From positions 1,024,001-1,088,000 of the forward strand of contig CAXXMD010000002.1 of assembly GCA_963675755.2 (NCBI GenBank): a stretch of DNA of 64,000 nucleotides, written 5' to 3'. This DNA is from a bacterium. Lineage in GTDB: Bacteria; Zhuqueibacterota; Zhuqueibacteria; Residuimicrobiales; Krinioviventaceae. The first letter of the stretch is position 1. Every line of letters starts with the position of its first letter. Positions 38,918-48,810 of this stretch are shown piece by piece. A program made the position numbers and the translations under genes. Below the pieces are notes generated by a model. The model did no database searches. It was not told the origin of the DNA and saw only the letters and a program-made list of their open reading frames with translations.

Positions 38918-39931
38918 CTAATTAACAGCTAGTCTGAATAAACGAATTTCATGAGAATGGTTTTCCCGAGCAGCTTCGGCATATACCCACAATTCATTAT
39001 TAACCCACATCCAATGAGAATAACGTAAAGTATAAAACTTGTTCGCCGTAGTGCTCATTACCAAAGGTGAATCAATAGTTAAATCTTGAACATTATTTAA
39101 ATCAAAAGTAAAACCCAATCCTGTTACAACATTATAAACCGGATCATACCAGGTTGAATTTGAACCTTCATATATAAAAAGATAACCTACCCCCAAGGGG
39201 AGTACGCTGGCTGGGCGGATAAAAAAGTCGTGCCAACCTGCAAGCTTAATCACTGGATTATTAGGATGTCCAACCGGTGACCAGTTTTCACCATCTTTAC
39301 TGGTATAATGATATATGCGTTCCAATCTGCGTAAATATCCGATAACATAACAATGGTACATTCCATCAGCAAAAATTATTACAGGGTCCTTATAACCGTC
39401 TATAGTAATATCACGTTCCCAAGTCTTTTGGGGAGGAGAAATAACCGCATGGGCTGTTGATGGAATAAATTTGGTAGGATCTTGTGCGTCATCAAATTTA
39501 ATAATTGACCAGATTCCGTCTTTGAATGCACCACAAGCATATAGTTTAAACATTCCTGTCTCGGGATCAATTAACAGTGCAGGTCTTTCAAAACCGGGGA
39601 TGGGTACATCAGTTCGATGAATACTTTTTCTTTTTTCGAAATGAATTCCGTCTTTACTACTCAAGATACGTAATTCATATCCCCGGTTTCCTCTGGGTGC
39701 TTCAGGTGATCGCATTCTACATGCCATCCAGAATGTTCCATCCTTATCAATTACAACAGAGGGAGCACCTGCCCACCATTCAGCGGCATTTTTATCCGGT
39801 TCAAGTACAACATCATAGTTGTTAAAACGATCGGAAATATTTTGAAAATCAGGTGCAACTTGAGGGATTAAGTTTTGAGCCGATACATAACAAGCAGAAA
39901 TTAACGTTAATACTATAGTGAGTACTTTCAT
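38918..39931 (-). CDS. Secreted five-bladed beta-propeller glycoside hydrolase-like protein (GH32/43/130-like fold)
   Basis: Signal peptide; WAGAPSV, SKDGIHF, FERPAL, YKDPVI, TSKDGENW. Confidence 0.7.
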   Translation of the reverse strand: MKVLTIVLTLISACYVSAQNLIPQVAPDFQNISDRFNNYDVVLEPDKNAAEWWAGAPSVVIDKDGTFWMACRMRSPEAPRGNRGYELRILSSKDGIHFEKRKSIHRTDVPIPGFERPALLIDPETGMFKLYACGAFKDGIWSIIKFDDAQDPTKFIPSTAHAVISPPQKTWERDITIDGYKDPVIIFADGMYHCYVIGYLRRLERIYHYTSKDGENWSPVGHPNNPVIKLAGWHDFFIRPASVLPLGVGYLFIYEGSNSTWYDPVYNVVTGLGFTFDLNNVQDLTIDSPLVMSTTANKFYTLRYSHWMWVNNELWVYAEAARENHSHEIRLFRLAVN

Positions 39932-39957
39932 CTAAAGCCTCTCATAATAAATAAATA

Positions 39958-40803
39958 TTAAAATTCATGCCATTTTAAATTGGGTTGCAGGCCCCCAACA
40001 ATTTGTTTACTGTCCTGTTTATTTTCATCAGTTAAAAAAAATTGATCAACCGGTAAACGATCACGGTAACTGCTTAACTCCTCTATTTCCAGATTGTAAG
40101 CATTTTCAACTGCCTCATAAAAAGGAATTCCAGTTACCCATTCTTTTATATAAAACACAGGTGAAAACAAGGCAAAGCTGTTAATGGATACAGCACCATT
40201 AACAGCCTGAATCCCATATTCTTGCCAATCGTCAACCATTCCGGAACCATTACAGCAGGTTTGATATAATGAACGGATTTGAATATCTCTGTCATTTAAA
40301 TCTTGAATAAATTTATCAATAAGACAATAATTTGTATAAAAGGAAATCCCGGAACTACTGCCATGTAGATTAAAAATCATATCAATAGAATATCCCTGTT
40401 CTGATAACAAGGACAATGAATCAATTAAAACAAAATACGAAGCCGTTTCATCAGTCAGAGAAATAAATTTATCATAATATTCAGATGAAATGTCCTCAAT
40501 CTCTTTAATTTGCCATGCTTCACCATAAACATCAATAATTTGGTTCAATGTCATGTTTTTCATGGAATCTTTGGGAACATTGAAAAAATCTGAAAATACA
40601 GGTAAAATTGAATTTTTAAATATTTGAAATGCAGTTTCAATACTTTGTCCCCCTACTGAATTGTTATTTTCAATAACACAAACCAATGCTTTGGGAGATT
40701 CCAAATTACCAGGTTCTTTTTCAGGTTCATTGGGATTTTTCTGACAAGCAATAAAAAGTACGAGAATAAATGTAAAACTGTATTGTAAAATATTACGCAT
40801 CAT
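39958..40803 (-). CDS. Hypothetical lipoprotein, possible clan CD cysteine peptidase
   Basis: Lipobox FIAC; MIFNLHG and LYQTCC motifs. Confidence 0.6.
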   Translation of the reverse strand: MMRNILQYSFTFILVLFIACQKNPNEPEKEPGNLESPKALVCVIENNNSVGGQSIETAFQIFKNSILPVFSDFFNVPKDSMKNMTLNQIIDVYGEAWQIKEIEDISSEYYDKFISLTDETASYFVLIDSLSLLSEQGYSIDMIFNLHGSSSGISFYTNYCLIDKFIQDLNDRDIQIRSLYQTCCNGSGMVDDWQEYGIQAVNGAVSINSFALFSPVFYIKEWVTGIPFYEAVENAYNLEIEELSSYRDRLPVDQFFLTDENKQDSKQIVGGLQPNLKWHEF

Positions 40804-40815
40804 TTGTCCAGGTAT

Positions 40816-41469
40816 CTATTTCATCATAGTTGTGGCTGAGAAATACAAACGTGAAAGTTTTTTCATTTTATTAACAATATTTAAATTATTTTTTTTGAAC
40901 ACAAATTCAAGGTAAGAAATAGTAATATTATTCGAACCAATTTCCCAAAAATGATGATCAGTAGAGAGCTTCTTTTTAGGCAAAGAGAGTTTTAATTCAC
41001 GATTACCCAACTTGGGTATTCGGGCTTCTAATCTTAATAATACATATTCAGAAATAGGTACGCTACAAAAAAAGTAACCTGTACAAATTTGATTAAACAA
41101 TGCAAGAAATTTTTCAAATTCAGTAAATGGAATATGTTCAAAAACCTCAAAAGCCAGAATATGGTCAAAGGAATAACTACTCCAATCAAATGTTACAACA
41201 TTTGCAACAATATCAGGATTTTTATCTTTATCTATATCAATTGTTGTTACTTTAACACCCTTAGATCTTAGATAATTTGCAGTAAAGCCGCTACCTACAC
41301 CTATTTCTAATATATGTTGACCTGCACTGATATGGTTTTGCATCAATCTTTGCTGCTGCCAATACAAACGCCAATGGTTCTCAGTTTCCAGGGTATGAAT
41401 CCAATCAGATGAGTAACGGTATACAATTTCCCCTACTTTTTCAGTCTTTTCAGTATCGGATTTTCGCAT
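40816..41469 (-). CDS. Class I SAM-dependent methyltransferase
   Basis: ILEIGVGSG, VTTIDID, FDHILAFEVFEH. Confidence 0.88.
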   Translation of the reverse strand: MRKSDTEKTEKVGEIVYRYSSDWIHTLETENHWRLYWQQQRLMQNHISAGQHILEIGVGSGFTANYLRSKGVKVTTIDIDKDKNPDIVANVVTFDWSSYSFDHILAFEVFEHIPFTEFEKFLALFNQICTGYFFCSVPISEYVLLRLEARIPKLGNRELKLSLPKKKLSTDHHFWEIGSNNITISYLEFVFKKNNLNIVNKMKKLSRLYFSATTMMK

Positions 41470-41553
41470 AATTTATAGGTCCTTGATTAAATAACAGTAT
41501 AACCATACTAGATAAATAAATCAAGAACAATAAATTTGGTTTTGGAGGGAGAT

Positions 41554-41581
41554 AAAAAAAAAGGCGGTTCAAAACCGCCTT
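41554..41581 (-). terminator. Rho-independent terminator after the doxX-like gene
   Basis: Minus strand AAGGCGGTT-TTG-AACCGCC followed by a long T run. Confidence 0.85.
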
Positions 41582-41588
41582 GAAGAAA

Positions 41589-41954
41589 TTAACTTTCACT
41601 TTTTCCAGAGAAAAATAAAGCAGCTCCGGATAATGCCAGGTCTTTAAGGAAACTTGGCATAGACATTTGCATAGTTTCCGGATTCAACACACCCGGGAAA
41701 TGCACAAGAAACGCAAATAAAGCAAGCATGATTCCAAGCAATAATGCAGCAAGCTTATCATATTTTTTTGCAATAATACTTACAGCTGCTGCAATTAAAG
41801 CAAGACCAGTTAAATATACCCAAAAGACTTTAAAAGGCAAAAAAGCAGGTACAATACCACTCATTGCACTACCATTCATTAAATGCAATAAACCAAATAC
41901 GGCTAATGGTACAGCATATACCAAACGTGCTACAATTCCAGTTACTAGTTTCAT
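41589..41954 (-). CDS. DoxX-family membrane protein
   Basis: 4 TM; FGLLH, FWVYLTG, LVH.P, FLKDLALSGAA. Confidence 0.85.
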   Translation of the reverse strand: MKLVTGIVARLVYAVPLAVFGLLHLMNGSAMSGIVPAFLPFKVFWVYLTGLALIAAAVSIIAKKYDKLAALLLGIMLALFAFLVHFPGVLNPETMQMSMPSFLKDLALSGAALFFSGKSES

Positions 41955-41978
41955 GATGTTCTCCTTTTTATTATTTTT

Positions 41979-42431
41979 TTAATCCCTCAAGCGATCTAAA
42001 AGTTCATTCATGATTTTAGCATCACTTTCAGAGATGTTTTGAATTTTACTTTCCCATTTTATTGCAACGTCATCCAATTCAGCTAACAGGTCCATGCCTT
42101 TATCTGTGATATATACATCAACAGCTCGACGATTATCATCACAAATTTCACGCCTGACCAATCCTTTAATTCTCAAACGTTCGACAATTCTTGACGCATC
42201 AGACATTTTGTCCAACATTCTTTCCCGTATCAATTTAACTGTTACTGGTTCAGGGTTCTGCCCTCTTAGAATTCTCAAAACATTATATTGTTTTGGTGTA
42301 AGACCATAAGGTTTTAATCCCTCAACTGTAAGTTCAACAATCCAATTACTTGTGTACATGATGTTGATCAATAATTTTTGATACTCGGTTCTAAATACCG
42401 GTTGACTGATTTCCTTTTCAATTTGTACCAT
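41979..42431 (-). CDS. MarR-family transcriptional regulator
   Basis: GLTPKQYNVLRILRG, SRIVERL..KGLV.R, NRR.V.VYITDKG. Confidence 0.93.
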   Translation of the reverse strand: MVQIEKEISQPVFRTEYQKLLINIMYTSNWIVELTVEGLKPYGLTPKQYNVLRILRGQNPEPVTVKLIRERMLDKMSDASRIVERLRIKGLVRREICDDNRRAVDVYITDKGMDLLAELDDVAIKWESKIQNISESDAKIMNELLDRLRD

Positions 42432-42465
42432 TTATAGCTCCCTCAATTTTAACAGATACAACAAC

Positions 42466-42481
42466 TAATGTTTAAACATTA
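42466..42481. promoter_or_regulatory. Putative MarR operator
   Basis: Perfect 16-bp palindrome TAATGTTTAAACATTA, 35 nt upstream of the marR start. Confidence 0.6.
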
Positions 42482-42513
42482 TTCCAGAAAAAGAATTAAT
42501 TTAATTATTAAAC

Positions 42514-42546
42514 AATAAAAAACCCTGTTATTATTAATAACAGGGT
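42514..42546 (-). terminator. Rho-independent terminator
   Basis: ACCCTGTTATT-3nt-AATAACAGGGT followed by TTTTTATT on the minus strand. Confidence 0.8.
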
Positions 42547-42560
42547 ATAATTTTCAAGTA

Positions 42561-43688
42561 TTATTTAAGCAGTGTCATCTTTTTAACTTTATTAAACTCC
42601 ATTCCATTTTGATCGTGCGCTTTAAATTGCAGAAAATATAATCCCGATGGTTGCTTATTTCCATATAAATCATCTCCATACCATGACCAACTGTACTGAC
42701 CTTCTTGCTGGTTGATAAAATGGATTTGTGTTACCATTTGTCCAAGTTGGTTGAAAATAGTCATCGTTACATCAGATTGATTGGGTAACGAATAGGTAAA
42801 AACTGTTGATGGATTGAATGGATTTGGATAATTGTCTGATAGCTGATAATGATCAACATTTTTACTATTATTTCTTACTAGCGTATTCAACTCTACATCA
42901 CGGGTTAACACACCATATTCATGTGCATCAAATGCACCTGTCATATGATAATATACAATAAATTGATCGGGGCCATAATTACCCTTCACTTCAGCAGTTA
43001 TACCAATGGATTGATAAGCTATTGTTCCGTTAATTTCACCATTAGAAACAATTATACTCCCCTGCCAGGGATCTGATGCGGTAAAAACAACAGAATCGCC
43101 TGCATCATTCACACTACCCGTAAGCGTATAACTTACCGGATTAGGATCACCAAATATTCCCCAGGCAGTCAGTGTTAATACTGCGGTTTTATTATTATCC
43201 TGCATTTCAACCATAGCAGTTGCAGAACCATTTACATCATAGGTAGGATTATCCCAAACTCCTTCCCACTCGTCAACCAGATCTAACAAAGGTACAACAT
43301 CAGGAAATTCAATTTCAACAAAATTTATATTATGAGTAAAATCCAATTGTACATCATCCTGAACATTGGAAACCATCAATTCCCAAGCATGATCGACAGG
43401 CGGTACATCATATGACTTGTTATTATTAAAATCAGCATAAAAACTTATTTTATAATCATGAGATTTTACGAGCACCCAAAGATCAATGCTGAAAGAAGCC
43501 TCGGGAATAGCATCAAGTGTTTTCCTTCCAACTTCAAGGCCATTATCAAGATCTACCACTCGTAATTGAAGCATCTGTCCAATATGTGGTGACATTGAAC
43601 TAAAATTAACGGTCAACTTGTAATTTGCAAAAGAGACAGATGTCAAGAGTAAAAGCAAATATACAATCATGTTCTTAATATTTTTCAT
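42561..43688 (-). CDS. Secreted protein with a C-terminal T9SS-type A/FlgD-Ig sorting domain
   Basis: Signal peptide; NYPNPFNPST...SGLYF...KKMTLLK; ATG at 43688 with GGAGG RBS. Confidence 0.8.
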   Translation of the reverse strand: MKNIKNMIVYLLLLLTSVSFANYKLTVNFSSMSPHIGQMLQLRVVDLDNGLEVGRKTLDAIPEASFSIDLWVLVKSHDYKISFYADFNNNKSYDVPPVDHAWELMVSNVQDDVQLDFTHNINFVEIEFPDVVPLLDLVDEWEGVWDNPTYDVNGSATAMVEMQDNNKTAVLTLTAWGIFGDPNPVSYTLTGSVNDAGDSVVFTASDPWQGSIIVSNGEINGTIAYQSIGITAEVKGNYGPDQFIVYYHMTGAFDAHEYGVLTRDVELNTLVRNNSKNVDHYQLSDNYPNPFNPSTVFTYSLPNQSDVTMTIFNQLGQMVTQIHFINQQEGQYSWSWYGDDLYGNKQPSGLYFLQFKAHDQNGMEFNKVKKMTLLK

Positions 43689-43935
43689 ATTAACCTCCAA
43701 ATGAATTTAATTCATATAACTATTAAAAACAGGGCTGAAAAATGTATTATTCCTTAAAATAAATGTTGCAACATATATTTTATTAAATAAATATTGTGAA
43801 TAAAATTCATTCTACATATATTGTCTAGTCCATTTAATACCAGAAATATGAATTTAATAATTAGTTAACAATTGCTACATGGACTAATTATTTAATTTTC
43901 ATAAAATATGGAAAAAGTTAATTAAAGGAGTGTGT

Positions 43936-45291
43936 ATGAAACTTGAAAAAATGGCGGGACTGTTTCTAAGTGTATTATTAATTTTCACCTTTGCTTGTGA
44001 AAAAGATAAAGAGCCCACAAAGCCGGAAATAGTCCAAAAATCCGCATCAATTGCAGTACTTTCCGATCTCCATTATTACGATCCCACTCTGGGAACATCC
44101 AGTGATGCTTTTGAGGAATATCTTGCTCATGATCGGAAACTCATCAAAGAGAGTGAAGCTATAATGGAAGCCGTAGTCGATTTGATTTCTGATGAGAATG
44201 TAGAGATTGTACTCGTTCCTGGTGACTTGACTAAAGATGGTGTTAAACAATGCCATGAAAATGTTGCGCAATATCTTGCAATGTTGGAAGGCGCTGGTAA
44301 AAAAGTTTATGTTGTTCCGGGTAATCATGATATAGGTAATACCGATTCATATAGCTATCCTGATAATAGTGACCCTGTACTAGAGTCATCAATTACTGCA
44401 GATGAATTCAGCAGTATTTATAATGATTTTGGTTTTTCAGAAGCAATTTACAAGGATGCTTCTTCCCTTTCTTATATTGCAGAACCCAAAGATGGAATTT
44501 GGATTTTAGGTATTGATGGATGTAATTACAACTCAAAGTATCCTGAAATTTCATGGGTTGGTGGTAAATTAACCACTGAAACATTAAACTGGATTTCAGA
44601 AAAAATGCAATTCGCAAAAGAAAATGATATTACAGTTTTTACTTTTGCACACCATGGTGTAGTTGAGCATTTCCCGGAAATGGATATGTTATTTGCTGAC
44701 TATTTGTTTGTGGACTGGGAAAATGTAGCTGCTCAATTAGCCAACATGGGTATAAATCTTGTTTTTACAGGACACCATCATGCAACTGATATAAACAATT
44801 TACCGGTTGATGATACATATATAATTGATATTCAAACAGGGTCTACAGTTACCTGGCAATGTCCATATCGTTTGGTTAATTATGATGGTGAAAACAACCT
44901 GGTAACCATTAACACCAAAGTCATTACCAGTATTAATTATGATCTGGGTGGACAGGATTTCCAAACCTATGCCAAAGATTATCTGGATAATGGTATGCAA
45001 GATCTCATTGTAACAGAATTGGGGAAAATGGGAATTCCTGCTGGAATAGCAGGTCTATTGGTACCCAATATTGCTCCCACTCTGATGGCCTATTATCATG
45101 GGGATGAACCAAACATGCAAAGTGAATATCAGGATGTAATTACCAGGATCAATCAGATGACAACCAACTCAGATGAATTGATTGCCGGTTTAGGTGCTAT
45201 TCTATTGGGTGTTTGGAATGATACTACTCCGGATAATAATGTTATTATTGATTTAAATACAGGAACAATCAGCTACAATTCAGGTTCCTGA
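43936..45291 (+). CDS. Calcineurin-like metallophosphoesterase lipoprotein
   Basis: Lipobox TFAC; SDLH, PGDLT, PGNHD, HH, GHHH; ATG at 43936 with AAGGAG RBS. Confidence 0.9.
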   Translation: MKLEKMAGLFLSVLLIFTFACEKDKEPTKPEIVQKSASIAVLSDLHYYDPTLGTSSDAFEEYLAHDRKLIKESEAIMEAVVDLISDENVEIVLVPGDLTKDGVKQCHENVAQYLAMLEGAGKKVYVVPGNHDIGNTDSYSYPDNSDPVLESSITADEFSSIYNDFGFSEAIYKDASSLSYIAEPKDGIWILGIDGCNYNSKYPEISWVGGKLTTETLNWISEKMQFAKENDITVFTFAHHGVVEHFPEMDMLFADYLFVDWENVAAQLANMGINLVFTGHHHATDINNLPVDDTYIIDIQTGSTVTWQCPYRLVNYDGENNLVTINTKVITSINYDLGGQDFQTYAKDYLDNGMQDLIVTELGKMGIPAGIAGLLVPNIAPTLMAYYHGDEPNMQSEYQDVITRINQMTTNSDELIAGLGAILLGVWNDTTPDNNVIIDLNTGTISYNSGS

Positions 45292-45301
45292 GTTTATTAT
45301 A

Positions 45302-45332
45302 TTCCTGCCCTTTTACAAGTCAAGGGCAGGAA
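45302..45332. repeat. Intergenic hairpin with no U-tract
   Basis: TTCCTGCCCTT-9nt-AAGGGCAGGAA. Confidence 0.6.
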
Positions 45333-45394
45333 ATAAATGAACTTTTTCATGATAAAAAAGTAAAATTAAAATACGATAAAACAAGGGGTTTATC

Positions 45395-46912
45395 ATGAAA
45401 AATTCAATTTTGTTTGCTTTTCTGATTTTAATATCCTTTTCAAATTGTGCAGTAAAAGAGTTAAACTCTGCAAAAGTCTATTATGCAATGGAAATGGAAG
45501 ATAATTTATACAATACAGAGGAATACAGCAAAATTGATGAAAGTGGATTTATAAATGCACTTTCTAATCCTCTCTCAACATTTGCGGCTGATGTAGATGC
45601 AGCTTCTTATTCTAATGCGAGACGCTTTTTTATGCAGGACAAAATTCCATACAAGGATGTGGTTCGTAGTGAAGAATTTATCAACTATTTCAATTATGAT
45701 TATCCAATACCCAATGATGATCATCCCCTATCCATTTGTATGGAATATTCGGATTGTCCGTGGAATGCAAACAACAAACTGGTTCATATAGGTATTCAGG
45801 GTAAACAATTACAGAACGATAAAAGACCTGCGAGCAATCTGGTTTTCTTGTTGGATAAATCAGGATCAATGAAAGATGCCAATAAATTACCACTGTTGAA
45901 AAAATCATTTCATTTTTTGATCGATCAATTGGATGAAAATGATATAATTTCAATTGTAACCTATGCCGGAAATGCAACTATTGTTTTGGGACCCACACCT
46001 GGAAGCGATAAAGCAAAAATTATTAAAGCCATAAACAGACTTGAGGCCGGGGGTTCTACAGCAGGCGGTAAAGGAATTCAACTGGCTTATAATGTAGCAA
46101 AAGAAAACTATATTGATGGTGGTAACAATCGTGTTATTCTGGGCACTGATGGTGATTTTAATGTTGGTATTTCCAGCACGGCAGAGCTCACAAGATATAT
46201 TGAAGAAAGAAAAAAAGATGGCATCTATCTTACTATATTGGGATTTGGGATGGGAAATTACAGAGATTATCGATTGCAGGAGCTCGCGGATCGGGGGAAT
46301 GGTAATCACGCCTATATTGATAATATTATGGAAGCCAATAAAGTTTTTGGAAATGACCTTAACGGCACACTGTATACAATAGCAAAGGATGTTAAAATTC
46401 AGGTCGAGTTTAATCCTGCTTTGGTTGAATCTTATCGTTTAATTGGATACGAGAACCGTGAATTGGCAACAAAAGATTTTAAAGATGACTCAAAAGATGC
46501 AGGCGAAATTGGCGCCGGGCACACGGTAACAGCGTTGTATGAAATTATACCTTCTAACAATAAACCAGAGAGCCAAGATTTAAAATACACACAAACCACC
46601 ATTAAAGATGATGCTACAGCATCAAATGAATTGCTCACGGTTCGGATTCGATATAAAGAACCTGATGGTGAATCGAGTCAGGAACTATCTGCGGTCCTCA
46701 ATGAATTTACCCAGTTAACCAGTACATCAGATAACTTTAGGTTTTCTGCTTCTGTTGCACAATTTGCAATGTTGATCAGAGATTCAGAATTCAAGGGCGA
46801 TTCTAATATTAAAAATACTAAAGATTTGGCAAATTCTGCAATAGGTGAAGATCCATTTGGGTATAGAAAAGAATACCTCACCCTACTGGACCGTTTTGAG
46901 CTATTACAATGA
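45395..46912 (+). CDS. YfbK-like VWA-domain protein (vWF_A, VWA, DUF3520)
   Basis: STFAADVDAASY, EEFINYF.YDY, MIDAS DKSGS, TDGDFNVG, YRLIGYENR, DAGEIGAGH. Confidence 0.92.
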   Translation: MKNSILFAFLILISFSNCAVKELNSAKVYYAMEMEDNLYNTEEYSKIDESGFINALSNPLSTFAADVDAASYSNARRFFMQDKIPYKDVVRSEEFINYFNYDYPIPNDDHPLSICMEYSDCPWNANNKLVHIGIQGKQLQNDKRPASNLVFLLDKSGSMKDANKLPLLKKSFHFLIDQLDENDIISIVTYAGNATIVLGPTPGSDKAKIIKAINRLEAGGSTAGGKGIQLAYNVAKENYIDGGNNRVILGTDGDFNVGISSTAELTRYIEERKKDGIYLTILGFGMGNYRDYRLQELADRGNGNHAYIDNIMEANKVFGNDLNGTLYTIAKDVKIQVEFNPALVESYRLIGYENRELATKDFKDDSKDAGEIGAGHTVTALYEIIPSNNKPESQDLKYTQTTIKDDATASNELLTVRIRYKEPDGESSQELSAVLNEFTQLTSTSDNFRFSASVAQFAMLIRDSEFKGDSNIKNTKDLANSAIGEDPFGYRKEYLTLLDRFELLQ

Positions 46913-47024
46913 TAAATGCACTGTAAAATTTTTTAAAAAATCGATTGAATACAGTTCATATTTTACAAACTGTTCAACTTTGTAAAATTGTAAAATTTTT
47001 AACAAATTAGAAAATATTTATTGG

Positions 47025-47053
47025 TTGACACGTGTCATGTTATTCATTATCAT
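47025..47053 (+). promoter_or_regulatory. Sigma70 promoter
   Basis: TTGACA-N17-TATCAT upstream of the gene at 47143. Confidence 0.7.
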
Positions 47054-47142
47054 TGAATACAGGGCGCAAAACGTGTACCCTGGGGAAAGATGTTACATAA
47101 CTCTGTTATGTAAAGTAGTATTAAAACATCATGGGAGGTACT

Positions 47143-47862
47143 ATGAAACAATTAACCATTGTTTCCGTGTGTGTATTAACATGTGCTTTACTGTTTTTTA
47201 GTTGTCAAAAACAGCCCTCACCTATGGATCCCCTAACTCAGAATACGGACAATACGACAATTGCCAAAAAAACAGATGGATGCGTTTCAATTCAAGATGG
47301 AGTCTTGACCTATTCAGCAGGACATTATCTTGCCGGCCAACCCCTTGTAGTTGGTTTTGATGATTATGGGTACAACTACCAAGGCAAAATGTTCAAAGGA
47401 TCTTATGCAAATGTTTATTTAGGTGGCGCTGGCTTTCCACCTTATACAGGAGATGATGAAAGTTACCTTGCAGACAATCCTGCTGCAGCAAATCACTGGG
47501 CATGGCCATACCGTGACATACAATTACTCATGAAATGGAACGATGCCTGGCTTTCCAATACCGATTGTGATGGTGATGGAAAACTTGACCGTCATTATGG
47601 CTATCCGTCTTATATAGGTTCTGGGGCATGGGAAACAAACCATATGGTCGGAGGTGAACAATCAGAACACTGGACCTATTTTACAAAAATAGTAGCAGCA
47701 CCTGAAGATGCAGTAATAGATGGCGGTTTGTGGTATACTGCTGATGGTGTTGAAATTGGACCTGTTATTTGGGGAGAATTTGCTACAATACAAGAAGTTG
47801 AAAGTGGTTCTGGTGCTTTTTACATCAGTCCTGCTGGACCTGGTTTTGGAAAATGGAAATAA
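47143..47862 (+). CDS. Hypothetical Gly/Trp/Tyr-rich lipoprotein
   Basis: Lipobox FFSC; GGAGG RBS before the ATG at 47143; own promoter and terminator. Confidence 0.8.
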   Translation: MKQLTIVSVCVLTCALLFFSCQKQPSPMDPLTQNTDNTTIAKKTDGCVSIQDGVLTYSAGHYLAGQPLVVGFDDYGYNYQGKMFKGSYANVYLGGAGFPPYTGDDESYLADNPAAANHWAWPYRDIQLLMKWNDAWLSNTDCDGDGKLDRHYGYPSYIGSGAWETNHMVGGEQSEHWTYFTKIVAAPEDAVIDGGLWYTADGVEIGPVIWGEFATIQEVESGSGAFYISPAGPGFGKWK

Positions 47863-47874
47863 TGGATTACAATT

Positions 47875-47897
47875 ACCCCGGTACTGCCGGGGTTTTT
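47875..47897 (+). terminator. Rho-independent terminator
   Basis: ACCCCGG-TACTG-CCGGGGT followed by TTTT. Confidence 0.8.
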
Positions 47898-47974
47898 CAT
47901 TTAAAATAAAAATAGGCTTTGAAATTTGCTCTTGTTTCTGTATGTTTAGGATTCAGAAACAGGAGCTTTTATTT

Positions 47975-48712
47975 ATGTATCGCAAATTGTTTTACAATAT
48001 TTGTATCATTCTTATTATATACAGTACTATTTTACCTGCTCAAAAACGTTTTGTAGACAATGATCTTTCAGGACTTGCATTTGTTTCGCTGGGAACGCAC
48101 AATATAAATCTAGAAGAATTTGATACTGCACTTGCTAATAGTTCACTACCCTATCCCCCGCTAGCAACATCAATGTACACATTTGGGGCTGGTGGAGTTA
48201 TTATAATCAAAGACTGGATCATTTCCGCAGAAGGATCAGGATTACTTGCCAATAGTAATACTTTTGGAGACTATAACTCTAAACTCAGCGGCGGTTATGT
48301 GACACTGAACACTGGTTTTTTGTTAGCAAAAAGCAGATCATTCATGGTCTACCCACTTGTGGGAATTGGTGGTGGTTCCATAAATTATAAAATATATCAA
48401 GAACCCGATGATATGCTTTTTGCAGATATATTGGAAAATCCAAGTACAGAAATAACTTTGGATAATAAATCTATTTACATGAACCTTGCAATGTCTGTTC
48501 ATTATAATATCCATACTTTTCGGGATGACCAGGATAGCGGAAACTTTTTTATCGGTGCTAAAGCCGGTTATAAAGCAACTATAAAATCTTTTGATTGGTA
48601 TATCCAGGGCACCAGTACAAAGCTTGCAGAAGGTCCAATTACCGGTCTTGATGGTTATTATATTGAATTTGTTTTCGGCATTGGAGGATTCAACTTTTCT
48701 GATGTTGATTGA
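47975..48712 (+). CDS. Hypothetical exported protein, probable small outer-membrane beta-barrel
   Basis: AGGAG RBS before the ATG at 47975; signal peptide; alternating strands (YPLVGIGGG, IGAKAGY, GYYIEFVFG). Confidence 0.65.
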   Translation: MYRKLFYNICIILIIYSTILPAQKRFVDNDLSGLAFVSLGTHNINLEEFDTALANSSLPYPPLATSMYTFGAGGVIIIKDWIISAEGSGLLANSNTFGDYNSKLSGGYVTLNTGFLLAKSRSFMVYPLVGIGGGSINYKIYQEPDDMLFADILENPSTEITLDNKSIYMNLAMSVHYNIHTFRDDQDSGNFFIGAKAGYKATIKSFDWYIQGTSTKLAEGPITGLDGYYIEFVFGIGGFNFSDVD

Positions 48713-48810
48713 TTCATACCTTAAATATTTCCATTCATGATTATATTCATATTCCAGTACTAGAAAATAATTTTATCCAACGAGTTTAACTGACCGACAG
48801 GAAGGTATTA

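Noticed and set aside
43826-43886. 8-bp inverted repeat TAGTCCAT/ATGGACTA in the divergent promoter region
   Set aside because: Short, widely spaced and in very AT-rich DNA; compatible with chance
47055-47115. Leader as a c-di-GMP-I riboswitch (it contains GGGCGCAAA)
   Set aside because: It lacks the GNRA-tetraloop stem and receptor arrangement of the GEMM motif
47720-47974. Upstream extension of the 330-aa ORF
   Set aside because: It overlaps the preceding gene and its terminator; the RBS supports ATG at 47975
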